DNA of 64,000 nt from Eledone cirrhosa. Taxonomy: Eukaryota. Shown here piece after piece: positions 23,184-36,500 of this stretch. Position 1 is the stretch's first letter, and each line of letters begins with the position of its first letter. The notes beneath the pieces are model-generated. The model was not told the origin of the DNA and did not search any database. It saw only the letters and a list, made by a program, of their open reading frames with translations. The stretch spans positions 8,060,001 to 8,124,000 of the forward strand of contig OZ024745.1 of the NCBI GenBank assembly GCA_964016885.1, read 5' to 3'. A program made the position numbers and the translations under genes.

Positions 23184-26100
23184 TTACAGATACGTACTCA
23201 GAGTAGGCCCATTCACTCGGGCCATTCTTGCTTCTCTCAGCCATCTTTCAACAAATTGCTGGGAAGAGAGCACTTCCCTCTCTATCCTGATTTTCCTTTT
23301 CAAATGAAATTTGAAAAAGTTAATCAGGGCATCACCGAAGAGGTAAGTGCTCGTCTTCAGCCCTTTCAAACGTGTCCACCATACTATCGCTTTCGCCATG
23401 GCCACCAGACAGATAAAAATTGCCTGCCCTTCCCGGCTAAAGGAAGAGGGCGGGGCAATCCTCGCGATGGACTCAGATGATAGCCGGATCCGTCCTACAC
23501 GCGACAGCAGGTGTTCGACATAAACCCACAAGTCAGCAATTTTCGGACACTGGACGAGTGCGCGCAGGACGGTTTCGTCGCCCTGCGCGCATCTCGGACA
23601 TGCCCGGCTGACGGCACCTCCATGCCTGTAGAGTTTATCCCGAACTGGCAAGGCTCCTCGGTAGCACTGCCAGGCCAGAGATTTCTGGAAGTTGTCCATA
23701 GGTCCCGGCCCGAAAGTTCTTCCGAAGAAATTGGCTAGTTGATTTTCGTCGACGCCTAGAGTTTCCCCAAGTACGTCGTCGCTCTTCCCCTCCACTAATC
23801 CTCTATAGAACGCCGAGGTGGAGTTTCCACCGATCACATTGCCCGATTGGTCGAGGGCTGTGAGCGCCTGAAAACATTCCAGTCTCCAGGCGCTCCCTCT
23901 CGGTCTTCGCTTGACCCAGGACTGCAGCTCCGTCAAGGAGACGAGTTGGGGAAATACGTGTCTAGCAAACGGCGACCACACCTGATTACCGTCGAGGAAG
24001 AGGTGATGTCGTAGCCTGAGCGCGGGTCTGCGCATCAACAGCCACGGCATTCCCAGCCCTCCACGTAGCGGGTGTTGACAGCAGATGGACCGCCTGACCA
24101 TCGGAGCGCGTCCCTTCCACAAAAAGCGAAAGAGCAAACGCTCCAGCGCAGTCAGAACAAGGGACAACGGTCAGGCGGTAGCAGATGACAGACGCGATGT
24201 ACGCGTTAGCCACCTCCGCTCGACCTTTCAGGGATAGCTTCCTCTCCGCCCATTTCTGAGTGAGAGAAGCCACCCTGCTCGTCACCTCGTCCCAGATTTT
24301 GTCCGTCTGGAGGTCCGGACCGAACCAGACCCCTAACAATTTAACCGGTTCGTCCGTCCAGCGTCCGACGACGCTGTTGGACGGCATGGACCTGCCTCTC
24401 CAGGTGCCGAGCTGCAGGCCCACTGACTTTTCATGGTTGATCATTGCTCCTGTCACCGCTTCGTATTCTCTTAGTGTAGTGCCGATCGCCTCGATGTGTT
24501 TGGCGTTTGACACCACTACGGTGACATCGTCCGCATATGCTGATACGGATCTTCCGCATCCTAGTTCGCGCGGGACGCCCTTCAACGTTTCCAGTTTGTG
24601 CAGTAATGGCTCGAGAGTCAATACGTACAAGAGGGACGAGAGGGGACATCCTTGGCGGACCGAGCGCATGATGTTGAACGGTTCCGACAAGTGACCGTTC
24701 ACTCTCACCACAGAGTAGATGTCGCTGTGCATGGCAGCGATCCAGCCTCTGAAGACGGGCCCAAAGCCAGCCGCCCTCAGGACTGCCGCTAGGTAACGAT
24801 GGTCGATCCTATCGAAAGCTTTCGACTTATCTAAATTGATCAAAGACCCACCCGTGCCAGGTTCCCTAGCTACCCTCTCTACGATGTATCGCATGAGGTG
24901 GAGGTTGTCGTGGATGGATCTGTCGGGAATGGCGCATGTCTGCGCCTCTCCCACCAGACCACCAACGACAAGCGCCAACCTCTTTGCTAGCACCTTGGCC
25001 AAAATCTTGAACTCTGTGTTTAGCAGAGTTATGGGCCGGAAATTATCTATGTTATCCCCCTTGTTCGGATCCTTTCTCAGCAGTGCCACCGCTCCTCGGC
25101 TCACAAAACTGGGAATTCTCCCGTTCTGTTGCCAGTTACGGTAGACGTCCACCAAGAGGCCTCCGAACAAGTCTGGCATCTGTACGTAAAGTTCATAGGG
25201 CAGACCATCCAAACCAGGCGATTTACCCCTTGTGCAGCCACTCATTGCCTCCCTTACTTCAGCGGCTGTTATCGGCTTTTCGCAACACTCCGCCTCAGTG
25301 GCCGAGAGCCGCGGCAGTCCGTCGAGGTAGATACTAAAGTCCATCCCTCGACCCGGCCCATCGCTGTCCCCGAACAGCTGAGCGAAGTGTCGCTGAAAAG
25401 CTTCACACATTTTCCCGGGATCGAGTAGCATGCGCCCGTCGTGGTCCACCAAAGACCGGATCGTGGCTTTGTTGCCACGACGCGCCTCCGCCACTCGGGC
25501 CCATTGAACGGCTTTCGTCCCCTCGTGTCTGAGAGCACGCACCCTAGCTCTGACAACGCAGCCTTCGTGCTTTGCATTGAAGAATTGGTCAAGGGCCAAT
25601 TTCGCCGCAAGCACGTCGGTCGCAATGCCTTTGCTAAGCGCTTCGTCTAATTTTCTAACTAGTTCTCCCTCTGCTCTATTTTTCTCTATTGCTAAAGCCT
25701 TACTAAACCTAATGGATTCTATTCTAATCGCTCTTTTCAGAGCAAACCACCACTTGTTGTTGACGATGGCCCCCGTCAACGCCCGCTTAACTAGTTCGCT
25801 AATCCGGTCTCTGTAGGCCTTGCGCGCTGGTAAGGACGCGTTTAGCTTCCAGTAGCCGGGTCCTCGTCTATGAAGCCTATTTAAGTCAAGCACACAGATC
25901 ACGAATCTGTGGTCCGTGTAGCTGACTATCTTGAATTGTGGACAGCCTATGCTAGACCTATCTATTTCCCTACAAAATACTCTATCTAGATATGATCTGG
26001 ATGACCCTATTCGATTTGTCCAAGTCCACATTGGCACATTCGGGAAATCCAATCGGTACCTGTCAGACAGTTCAAAACGCCTGAGCAGGTTGGTGAGGGT

Positions 26101-26590
26101 CTTGCACCCTCCACCCCTATCCGCTAATCCCACACAGTCCCAGCGTGCATCTAAGATCCCGTTCCAGTCGCCCACTAACACTAAAGAGCGGGACGTTCCA
26201 AGAAAGGTCTCCAGACGCCGGAAGAAATCAGGCCGCCCTGCTCCTGTCGGGGCATAGACGGCCACTAGCCTGAAAGCTTGCCGGTCTCCGCTGGTCACGT
26301 CCAGCACCACCAACTTACCCTCTGGGTCCAGGAAGATGGCCCGTATGGCGAGATCCAAACCTCTCCGAAAAAGCACAGCAACTCCTCCCCCCTGATCCAG
26401 GACGGCTGGGAGATGCGTACGCATCATAGCCGCCGAAGATCGGTGCGAAGGCCCGTGCTTCGGAGATTCTGGTCTCGCTGATGGCCACTACATCTATGTT
26501 TAGTGACCTGAGGTCGTTGAGCAGGTGACCCTGCTTCCATGACGACCCCAAGCCACGCGCATTTATGCTGCCTATTCTGAGTGAGGTCAT
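23184..26590 (-). pseudogene. Tx1/L1 ORF2 (APE endonuclease, RT, C-terminal Cys motif), frameshifted
   Basis: MTSLRIGSINARGL, VAISET, GDWN, SRSYLDR, TDH, GYWKLN, KAFDRIDH, RQGCPLS, YADD, CPRC..GDET. Frame breaks near 26400 and 24000-24160. Confidence 0.92.
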
Positions 26591-28732
26591 GTTTAAAATA
26601 GAGTGGAAAAGATGGGAAAGACCACTTACCGTACTTTTCGTAGAGGAGGGATGGTTTTTCCATCCCTTTTCACTTGATCGTCTGGTGAAGGGACCGTTGA
26701 ATCGTCCCTTCGGCTGGTCGTCGGCTCTTCTATGAGTATGTCCGAATATACTCTTCGGTTGAGTGTCCCTCTTAGGTCTCTGAAATCACCAACTGCGTTG
26801 GGGAATTTCGTTTTAATGTTTGTGTATTGTTTCTGTGCTATTTTTAGCAGTCTTATGTTAGTTGGCGTTTTGATTGGTGCTGGTATTATGTAGTCGTGTT
26901 GTTAAATGTCTGTGTGTTCAATTATGTAAGTCATTAGTTTCTTGTTGTGTGTATTTATTGCAGTGCATTTGTTTTTCTGGGGGTGCGGTGTGGTTCTGCT
27001 ATTTTCTTGTCGTTGTTGCTGAGTGTGTGTGTTTTGTTGTTGTGTTTGCGATGTTGGTGCTTGTGGTGGTGGTGTTGAAGGTATTGTTGGCGGTGGGGTT
27101 GTCGCCGGTGGTGATGGTGGTGCTAGTGTGGGTGGTGATGGTGTTGGTGGTGTTGCTGCTGTGAGTCTCTTTGCAGTAGCCTTTACGATTTTTTCATTTC
27201 TTTCCTCCCTTTTCAAAGGCGACGATGCGCTGCTTCTGCGTTTGTGCCTTCTTACGACCTTTTGCCATCCCTCTCCCACCTCACACTCCATGTCTGATTC
27301 TGTGAGGTCGGGGAGGGGTACAAGCTCCACTTTTTCACTTGTTGTTGTTGGTGATGTTTGCACTGGAGTCTCTGTTGCAGCTACAATTGGTATTGCTGTT
27401 GTTGTTGTTAATACTTCCACTGCTGCTGCTGTTTTTGATTTCCGTGGTGTGGGTATGGGTGCCACGGACCTATCGTTCCTGGTTGCCGCTTGTCCTGTTG
27501 CTGGTAGCCGTGCAGCCGGTTTCGGAAGGAGGGGGGTTTTCTCCTTTCTCAGGGTCTTCTCGTTGCAGAAGGCCCTGAGGTGAGTCTTCGATCCACAGCG
27601 AAAGCATTTCGGGCGTTTGCCCTCAACATTTATGGGCAGTTGAGTGCCGTTATCGAAGTCTATCACATCCGGGATAGCTTCGATGCACTCCTGGTTGGTT
27701 CGGATTAACATCTCAATGGAGGTGCCGACCCAATCTTCTCTTACTTTTTTCTGTACTTGCAGTACAGTTGTTTTGTCCTCGATTCCGATGAGGACAGATG
27801 CGGCCAATTTTTTGCCCGCAGTAGGAGGGCACCAACACCATTTCCTCGCTCCTTAGGGTCACTAAGGATTGAGCCTTTGCCTCCTGGGGTGTGGCAAAAA
27901 GTACGTCTACGGTGGCATATTTCTTGCCTCGGGTGATGTGCGTTTTCCGCTGCCACACAGACCCCAAGGCTTTTTGTATTCGAGCCTCTGTGGCTCTTTC
28001 AACCCTACGGGATTTTGCACTTACTGTACGGTACGTGACCGTACAGTGCTGTTGGGTTTCGAAAAATTTTTCCGCTGCCTTGCAGATTGCTCGGTGTCCG
28101 GTTTTTGTCACCATCTTCTTCGCTTCCTCTAATTCCTCATTTGTTATGAGGATGGTTTCCAGGTTCTTTGCGATACCTGCAAACGAGTTTGGTTTTTCTT
28201 TGCTACTGTTGTTGTTGTTGTTGTCGTCAGAGCTGCTGTTACTTTTGTTGTTGCTGCAGGTACTACGACTACTGCCGCCGCCACTGTTGCTGTGGTTGTT
28301 GTTGTTGTTGCTGCTGCTGTTGTTGTTGTTGCTGCTAATGCTGTTGTTGTTTATGCTGCTGCTGATTCTGTTGCGGCTGCTACTGTTGTTTTCCTTGTCA
28401 CTATTGCTGCTGTTATTACGGCTGCTACTGCTATTATTCCTGACGTCAGACGAATGAAATGGGTTTTCGTATTTCCCGCACACCTTTTTCGTCGTTGTCG
28501 TCGTCGTCGTGGAGAAATCTTGCTCGCTTTGCACGTGCTTTTTCTTTTCTGGCGTCACTTGCGAAAGAGAAGGGAGCGAGAGAGACACATTTAGAGAAGG
28601 GAGGGAGAGAGACAATCTTCTCTCTGCTGTAGTGACGATTGAGGAAGAAGAAGACGGAATGAGTGGGAGTGACCTATGAAAATTCTTTTTCGTAGCCATG
28701 TTGTTTTTTTGTTTAAAATAAATATTGGGCAC
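26570..28732 (-). pseudogene. Tx1/L1 ORF1 (gag-like, CCHC zinc knuckle, low-complexity N/S- and P/T-rich tracts), frameshifted
   Basis: VEGKRPKCFRCGSKTHLRAFC zinc knuckle; WQKVVRRHKRR motif; frameshift at the A-run near 27810. Confidence 0.82.
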
Positions 28733-28913
28733 AAAACCCCAATAGGCGGTTATTTAACCCGAAGGGCCAAATAACGGGCAGAAAGATCCCTCACACGAGG
28801 AGGAGGGTGTTTTTGTCTACAAGTGGGTTAAAGTTTTAAACAATTTACAATTGTTATAGCGGTCAAAATTTACAATACCTTACAGAGCCGAGCCTCCGTC
28901 AACCATAACATTC

Positions 28914-29163
28914 AATAATAATAATAATAATAATAGATACTAGCACTAGGGCCACCAGTACGACAACGACGGCGACTACCAGCACCACCATCACCACCAC
29001 CACCACCACCACCACCACCACAGCCATCATCACCACCACCACCACCAACACCACCACCTATCTCTGACTTTTGTTCTGTTTTCATTGTGCAATGCACACA
29101 CACAGACACAAACAAACACTCACATATATATATAAACATATGCATGTATACACACACACGTAT

Positions 29164-29214
<51 letters not shown>

Positions 29215-29244
29215 AGTATGCACACACACATACATATACACATA

Positions 29245-29283
<39 letters not shown>
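28914..29283. repeat. Compound microsatellites (AAT)n, (CAC)n, (CA)n, (TA)n
   Basis: Seen directly in sequence. Confidence 0.9.
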
Positions 29284-29286
<3 letters not shown>

Positions 29287-29999
29287 TTCAAAATATTAAT
29301 AAATATAGACATTCATGTGATCAAATATATTGTATTATATATATTTCAGAGGTACTGTGCTGTTTTTCCTCAGTACGTCCTCATCAGATAAAATATATTG
29401 ATGTGTGACATACCTCAACTGTGCTGATGGTTCAATTCCAGTCTTGGCAGTGATTAGTTATGACAAAACTCAGTATTTATACACCATAAGTAGTAACATG
29501 ACAAACTACATATAATTGAGAGGGTACGTAGGAAAATGTATAGAAAAAATAAAATAAATACATATATAGATATTAAAATATATAAACACATCAGTACATA
29601 ACTGTTAAATATTTAAATAATTAAATATGTAAATATCCGTATTAGAGAAAAAAACAAATGAGAGAGAGAGTTAAATAGAGGAGAAAAGGAAAAGATGAAG
29701 ATAAAAAACAAAGAAAGGGAGATATAGATGGTATAATATAATTACATAAGGAGAATAGAGGTATATGATGCGTGACCGTTTTTTTTCAAATATTAAGTTA
29801 GGTAGAAACGATCAATTAAATACCGTGAAATGTTTACTCTATAATATTTGAAAGAAATTATACTATTATATTATATCAAAATTAAAACAATATAAAGTGA
29901 TATAAGATAATATGACATATTTTCAAAGATAATCTGGAGCAAATTTAAATTAGTAAATACATTCAATAATTGAGTTATAAAATTCAAAATTCAAAACGT

Positions 30000-30130
30000 C
30001 CCTTTATGATCTGAGTTCAAATCCCGCCGAGGTTAACTTTGCCTTTCATCCTTACGGGGTCGATAAAATAAAGTACCAGTAATGTACTGGTTAATTGCTG
30101 GCCTTGTGCCTAAAATAGAAACAATTATTA
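30000..30130 (+). mobile_element. 5'-truncated SINE
   Basis: CCCTTTATGATCTGAGTTCAAATCCCGCCGAGG...GGCCTTGTGCCTAAAATAGAAACAATTATT. Confidence 0.88.
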
Positions 30131-30547
30131 ACTAACAATGGTGCTAACAAATATAGTAAATATGATATTATTAAACTTAACTTACTTAGATATTAGCATC
30201 TGTATAAGCATTTTATATAAACAATACTATTTAAATCGATATTTGTCAATTACATATAGGATTAATTATTAGTTTTACACTTGAGAGTATTAATATTTCG
30301 ATTCAACCAAATTTTACTGTATTCAATACTATAAATCAAGTTAAATACAGATTATTAATCAATTTAGATAAAACGAAACTTATACACGATAAATATAAAC
30401 AATATCTTCGTACGACGTACCCAAACGTTTAAATAAATTATACGGTTTAAAAGTCTGAAGATATTACAGATCCCAAATTTATAAAATACAGGATTTAAAA
30501 AGAGGATTCTAATTCGAAACTAAAGGTATTTAAACAATCAAGAGATT

Positions 30548-33500
30548 GTCTCCTGGGTCATATAATGTGGTCCAGTCTCCTGGATCATATAATGTGGTCC
30601 AGTCTCCTGGATCATATAATGTGGTCCAGTCTCCTGGATCATATAATGTGGTCCAGTCTCCTGGATCATATAATGTGGTCCAGTCTCCTGGATCATATAT
30701 GATCCAGTCTCCTGAATCATATAATGTGGTCCAGTCTCCTGGATCATATAATGTGGTCCAGTCTCCTGGATCATATAATGTGGTCCAGTCTCCTGGATCA
30801 TATATGGTCCAGTCTCCTGGATCATATAATGTGGTCCAATCTCCTGGATCATATAATGTGGTCCAGTCTCCTGGATCATATATGATCCAGTCTCCTGAAT
30901 CATATAATGTGGTCCAGTCTCCTGGATCATATATGATCCAGTCTCCTGAATCATATAATGTGGTCCAGTCTCCTGGATCATATAATGTGGTCCAGTCTCC
31001 TGCATCATATAATGTGGTCCAGTCTCCTGCATCATATAATGTGGTCCAGTCTCCTGGGTCATATAATGTGGTCCAGTCTCCTGGATCATATAATGTGGTC
31101 CAGTCTCCTGGGTCATATAATGTGGTCCAGTCTCCTGCATCATATAATGTGGTCCAGTCTCCTGCATCATATAATGTGGTCCAGTCTCCTGGATCATATA
31201 ATGTGGTCCAGTCTCCTGCATCATATAATGTGGTCCAGTCTCCTGCATCATATAATGTGGTCCAGTCTCCTGGGTCATATAATGTGGTCCAGTCTCCTGG
31301 ATCATATAATGTGGTCCAGTCTCCTAGATCATATAATGTGGTCCAGTCTCCTGGATCATATAATGTGGTCCAGTCTCCTGCATCATATAATGTAGTCCAG
31401 TCTCCTGGGTCATATAATGTGGTCCAGTCTCCTGGATCATATAATGTGGTCCAGTCTCCTAGATCATATAATGTGGTCCAGTCTCCTGGATCATATAATG
31501 TGGTCCAGTCTCCTAGATCATATAATGTGGTCCAGTCTCCTGGGTCATATAATGTGGTCCAGTCTCCTGGATCATATAATGTGGTCCAGTCTCCTGGATC
31601 ATATAATATGGTCCAGTCTCCTGGATCATATAATGTGGTCCAGTCTCCTGGGTCATATAATGTGGTCCAGTCTCCTGGATCATATAATATGGTCCAGTCT
31701 CCTGGATCATATAATATGGTCCAGTCTCCTGGATCATATAATGTGGTCCAGTCTCCTGGGTCATATAATGTGGTTCAGTCTCCTGCATCATATAATATGG
31801 TCCAGTCTCCTGGGTCATATAATGTGGTCCAGTCTCCTGGGTCATATAATATGGTCCAGTCTCCTAGATCATATAATGTGGTCCAGTCTCCTGGATCATA
31901 TAATGTGGTCCAGTCTCCTGGGTCATATAATATGGTCCAGTCTCCTAGATCATATAATGTGGTCCAGTCTCCTGGATCATATAATGTGGTCCAGTCTCCT
32001 GGATCATATAATATGGTCCAGTCTCCTGGGTCATATAATGTAGTCCAGTCTCCTGGGTCATATAATGTAGTCCAGTCTCCTGGATCATATAATGTGGTCC
32101 AGTCTCCTGGATCATATAATATGGTCCAGTCTCCTGGGTCATATAATGTAGTCCAGTCTCCTGGGTCATATAATATGGTCCAGTCTCCTAGATCATATAA
32201 TGTGGTCCAGTCTCCTGGGTCATATAATGTGGTCCAGTCTCCTGGATCATATAATGTGGTCCAGTCTCCTGGATCATATAATGTGGTCCAGTCTCCTGGA
32301 TCATATAATATGGTCCAGTCTCCTGGGTCATATAATGTAGTCCAGTCTCCTGGATCATATAATGTGGTCCAGTCTCCTGGATCATATAATATGGTCCAGT
32401 CTCCTGGGTCATATAATGTAGTCCAGTCTCCTGGATCATATAATGTGGTCCAGTCTCCTGGATCATATAATGTGGTCCAGTCTCCTAGATCATATAATGT
32501 GGTCCAGTCTCCTGGGTCATATAATGTGGTCCAGTCTCCTGGATCATATAATGTGGTCCAGTCTCCTGGATCATATAATATGGTCCAGTCTCCTGGATCA
32601 TATAATGTGGTCCAGTCTCCTGGGTCATATAATGTGGTCCAGTCTCCTGGATCATATAATATGGTCCAGTCTCCTGGATCATATAATATGGTCCAGTCTC
32701 CTGGATCATATAATGTGGTCCAGTCTCCTGGGTCATATAATGTGGTTCAGTCTCCTGCATCATATAATATGGTCCAGTCTCCTGGGTCATATAATGTGGT
32801 CCAGTCTCCTGGGTCATATAATATGGTCCAGTCTCCTAGATCATATAATGTGGTCCAGTCTCCTGGATCATATAATGTGGTCCAGTCTCCTGGATCATAT
32901 AATATGGTCCAGTCTCCTGGGTCATATAATGTAGTCCAGTCTCCTGGGTCATATAATGTAGTCCAGTCTCCTGGATCATATAATGTGGTCCAGTCTCCTG
33001 GATCATATAATATGGTCCAGTCTCCTGGGTCATATAATGTAGTCCAGTCTCCTGGGTCATATAATGTAGTCCAGTCTCCTGGATCATATAATGTGGTCCA
33101 GTCTCCTGGGTCATATAATGTAGTCCAGTCTCCTGGGTCATATAATGTGGTCCAGTCTCCTGGGTCATATAATATGGTCCAGTCTCCTAGATCATATAAT
33201 GTGGTCCAGTCTCCTGGGTCATATAATGTGGTCCAGTCTCCTGGATCATATAATGTGGTCCAGTCTCCTGGATCATATAATGTGGTCCAGTCTCCTGGAT
33301 CATATAATATGGTCCAGTCTCCTGGGTCATATAATGTAGTCCAGTCTCCTGGATCATATAATGTGGTCCAGTCTCCTGGATCATATAATATGGTCCAGTC
33401 TCCTGGGTCATATAATGTAGTCCAGTCTCCTGGATCATATAATGTGGTCCAGTCTCCTGGATCATATAATGTGGTCCAGTCTCCTGCATCATATAATGTA

Positions 33501-36500
33501 GTCCAGTCTCCTGGGTCATATAATGTGGTCCAGTCTCCTGCATCATATAATGTAGTCCAGTCTCCTGGGTCATATAATGTGGTCCAGTCTCCTGGATCAT
33601 ATAATGTAGTCCAGTCTCCTGGGTCATATAATGTAGTCCAGTCTCCTGCATCATATAATGTAGTCCAGTCTCCTGGGTCATATAATGTGGTCCAGTCTCC
33701 TGGATCATATAATGTGGTCCAGTCTCCTGGATCATATAATGTGGTCCAGTCTCCTGAATCATATAATGTGGTCCAGTCTCCTGAATCATATAATGTGGTC
33801 CAGTCTCCTGGGTCATATAATGTGGTCCAGTCTCCTGGATCATATAATGTGGTCCAGTCTCCTGAATCATATAATGTGGTCCAGTCTCCTGAATCATATA
33901 ATGTGGTCCAGTCTCCTGGGTCATATAATGTGGTTCAGTCTCCTGGATCATATAATGTGGTCCAGTCTCCTGAATCATATAATGTGGTCCAGTCTCCTGG
34001 GTCATATATGGTCCAGTCTCCTGAATCATATAATGTGGTCCAGTCACCTGGATCATATAATGTGGTCCAGTCTCCTGGATCATATAATATGGTCCAGTCT
34101 CCTGGGTCATATAATGTAGTCCAGTCTCCTGGGTCATATAATATGGTCCAGTCTCCTGGATCATATAATGTGGTCCAGTCTCCTGGGTCATATAATGTGG
34201 TCCAGTCTCCTGGATCATATAATGTAGTCCAGTCTCCTGGGTCATATAATGTGGTCCAGTCTCCTGGATCATATAATGTAGTCCAGTCTCCTGGATCATA
34301 TAATGTAGTCCAGTCTCCTGGGTCATATAATGTGGTCCAGTCTCCTGGGTCATATAATGTAGTCCAGTCTCCTGGATCATATAATGTAGTCCAGTCTCCT
34401 GGGTCATATAATGTGGTCCAGTCTCCTGGGTCATATAATGTAGTCCAGTCTCCTGGATCATATAATGTGGTCCAGTCTCCTGCATCATATAATGTAGTCC
34501 AGTCTCCTGGGTCATATAATGTAGTCCAGTCTCCTGGGTCATATAATGTAGTCCAGTCTCCTGGGTCATATAATGTAGTCCAGTCTCCTGGATCATATAA
34601 TGTGGTCCAGTCTCCTGCATCATATAATGTAGTCCAGTCTCCTGGATCATATAATGTGGTCCAGTCTCCTGCATCATATAATGTAGTCCAGTCTCCTGGG
34701 TCATATAATGTAGTCCAGTCTCCTGGGTCATATAATGTAGTTCAGTCTCCTGGGTCATATAATGTGGTCCAGTCTCCTGCATCATATAATGTAGTCCAGT
34801 CTCCTGGGTCATATAATGTAGTCCAGTCTCCTGGGTCATATAATGTAGTCCAGTCTCCTGGGTCATATAATGTAGTCCAGTCTCCTGGATCATATAATGT
34901 GGTCCAGTCTCCTGCATCATATAATGTAGTCCAGTCTCCTGGGTCATATAATGTGGTCCAGTCTCCTGCATCATATAATGTAGTCCAGTCTCCTGGGTCA
35001 TATAATGTAGTCCAGTCTCCTGGGTCATATAATGTAGTCCAGTCTCCTGGGTCATATAATGTAGTCCAGTCTCCTGGGTCATATAATGTAGTCCAGTCTC
35101 CTGGGTCATATAATGTAGTCCAGTCTCCTGGGTCATATAATGTAGTCCAGTCTCCTGGGTCATATAATGTGGTCCAGTCTCCTGAATCATATAATGTGGT
35201 CCAGTCTCCTGGATCATATAATATGGTCCAGTCTCCTGGGTCATATAATGTGGTCCAGTCTCCTGCATCATATAATGTAGTCCAGTCTCCTGGGTCATAT
35301 AATGTAGTCCAGTCTCCTGGGTCATATAATGTAGTCCAGTCTCCTGGGTCATATAATGTGGTCCAGTCTCCTGGATCATATAATGTAGTCCAGTCTCCTG
35401 GGTCATATAATGTGGTCCAGTCTCCTGGATCATATAATGTGGTCCAGTCTCCTGGATCATATAATGTGGTCCAGTCTCCTGGATCATATAATGTAGTCCA
35501 GTCTCCTGGATCATATAATGTAGTCCAGTCTCCTGGGTCATATAATGTGGTTCAGTCTCCTGCATCATATAATGTAGTCCAGTCTCCTGGGTCATATAAT
35601 GTAGTCCAGTCTCCTGGGTCATATAATGTAGTCCAGTCTCCTGGGTCATATAATGTGGTTCAGTCTCCTGCATCATATAATGTAGTCCAGTCTCCTGGGT
35701 CATATAATGTAGTCCAGTCTCCTGGGTCATATAATGTAGTCCAGTCTCCTGGGTCATATAATGTAGTCCAGTCTCCTGGGTCATATAATGTGGTCCAGTC
35801 TCCTGGATCATATAATGTAGTCCAGTCTCCTGGGTCATATAATGTAGTCCAGTCTCCTGGGTCATATAATGTAGTCCAGTCTCCTGGGTCATATAATGTA
35901 GTCCAGTCTCCTGGATCATATAATGTGGTCCAGTCTCCTGCATCATATAATGTAGTCCAGTCTCCTGGGTCATATAATGTAGTCCAGTCTCCTGGGTCAT
36001 ATAATGTAGTCCAGTCTCCTGGGTCATATAATGTGGTCCAGTCTCCTGGATCATATAATGTAGTCCAGTCTCCTGGGTCATATAATGTGGTCCAGTCTCC
36101 TGGGTCATATAATGTGGTCCAGTCTCCTGCATCATATAATGTAGTCCAGTCTCCTGGTTCATATAATGTAGTCCAGTCTCCTGGGTCATATAATGTGGTC
36201 CAGTCTCCTGGATCATATAATGTGGTCCAGTCTCCTGGATCATATAATGTAGTCCAGTCTCCTGGATCATATAATGTAGTCCAGTCTCCTGGGTCATATA
36301 ATGTGGTTCAGTCTCCTGGGTCATATAATGTGGTCCAGTCTCCTGCATCATATAATGTGGTTCAGTCTCCTGCATCATATAATGTAGTCCAGTCTCCTGG
36401 GTCATATAATGTGGTCCAGTCTCCTGGATCATATAATGTGGTCCAGTCTCCTGGGTCATATAATGTAGTCCAGTCTCCTGGGTCATATAATGTGGTCCAG

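Larger units (their letters stand above)
22934..28913 (-). mobile_element. Near full-length (about 6.0 kb) L1/Tx1-clade non-LTR retrotransposon
   Basis: 5'UTR, ORF1, ORF2 and a short 3'UTR ending AATAAAGAAATC; both ends abut (TAA)n. Confidence 0.93.

Noticed and set aside
29350-29400. Minus-strand CTGATGAG…GAAA as a second hammerhead
   Set aside because: Stems I and II cannot be paired convincingly.
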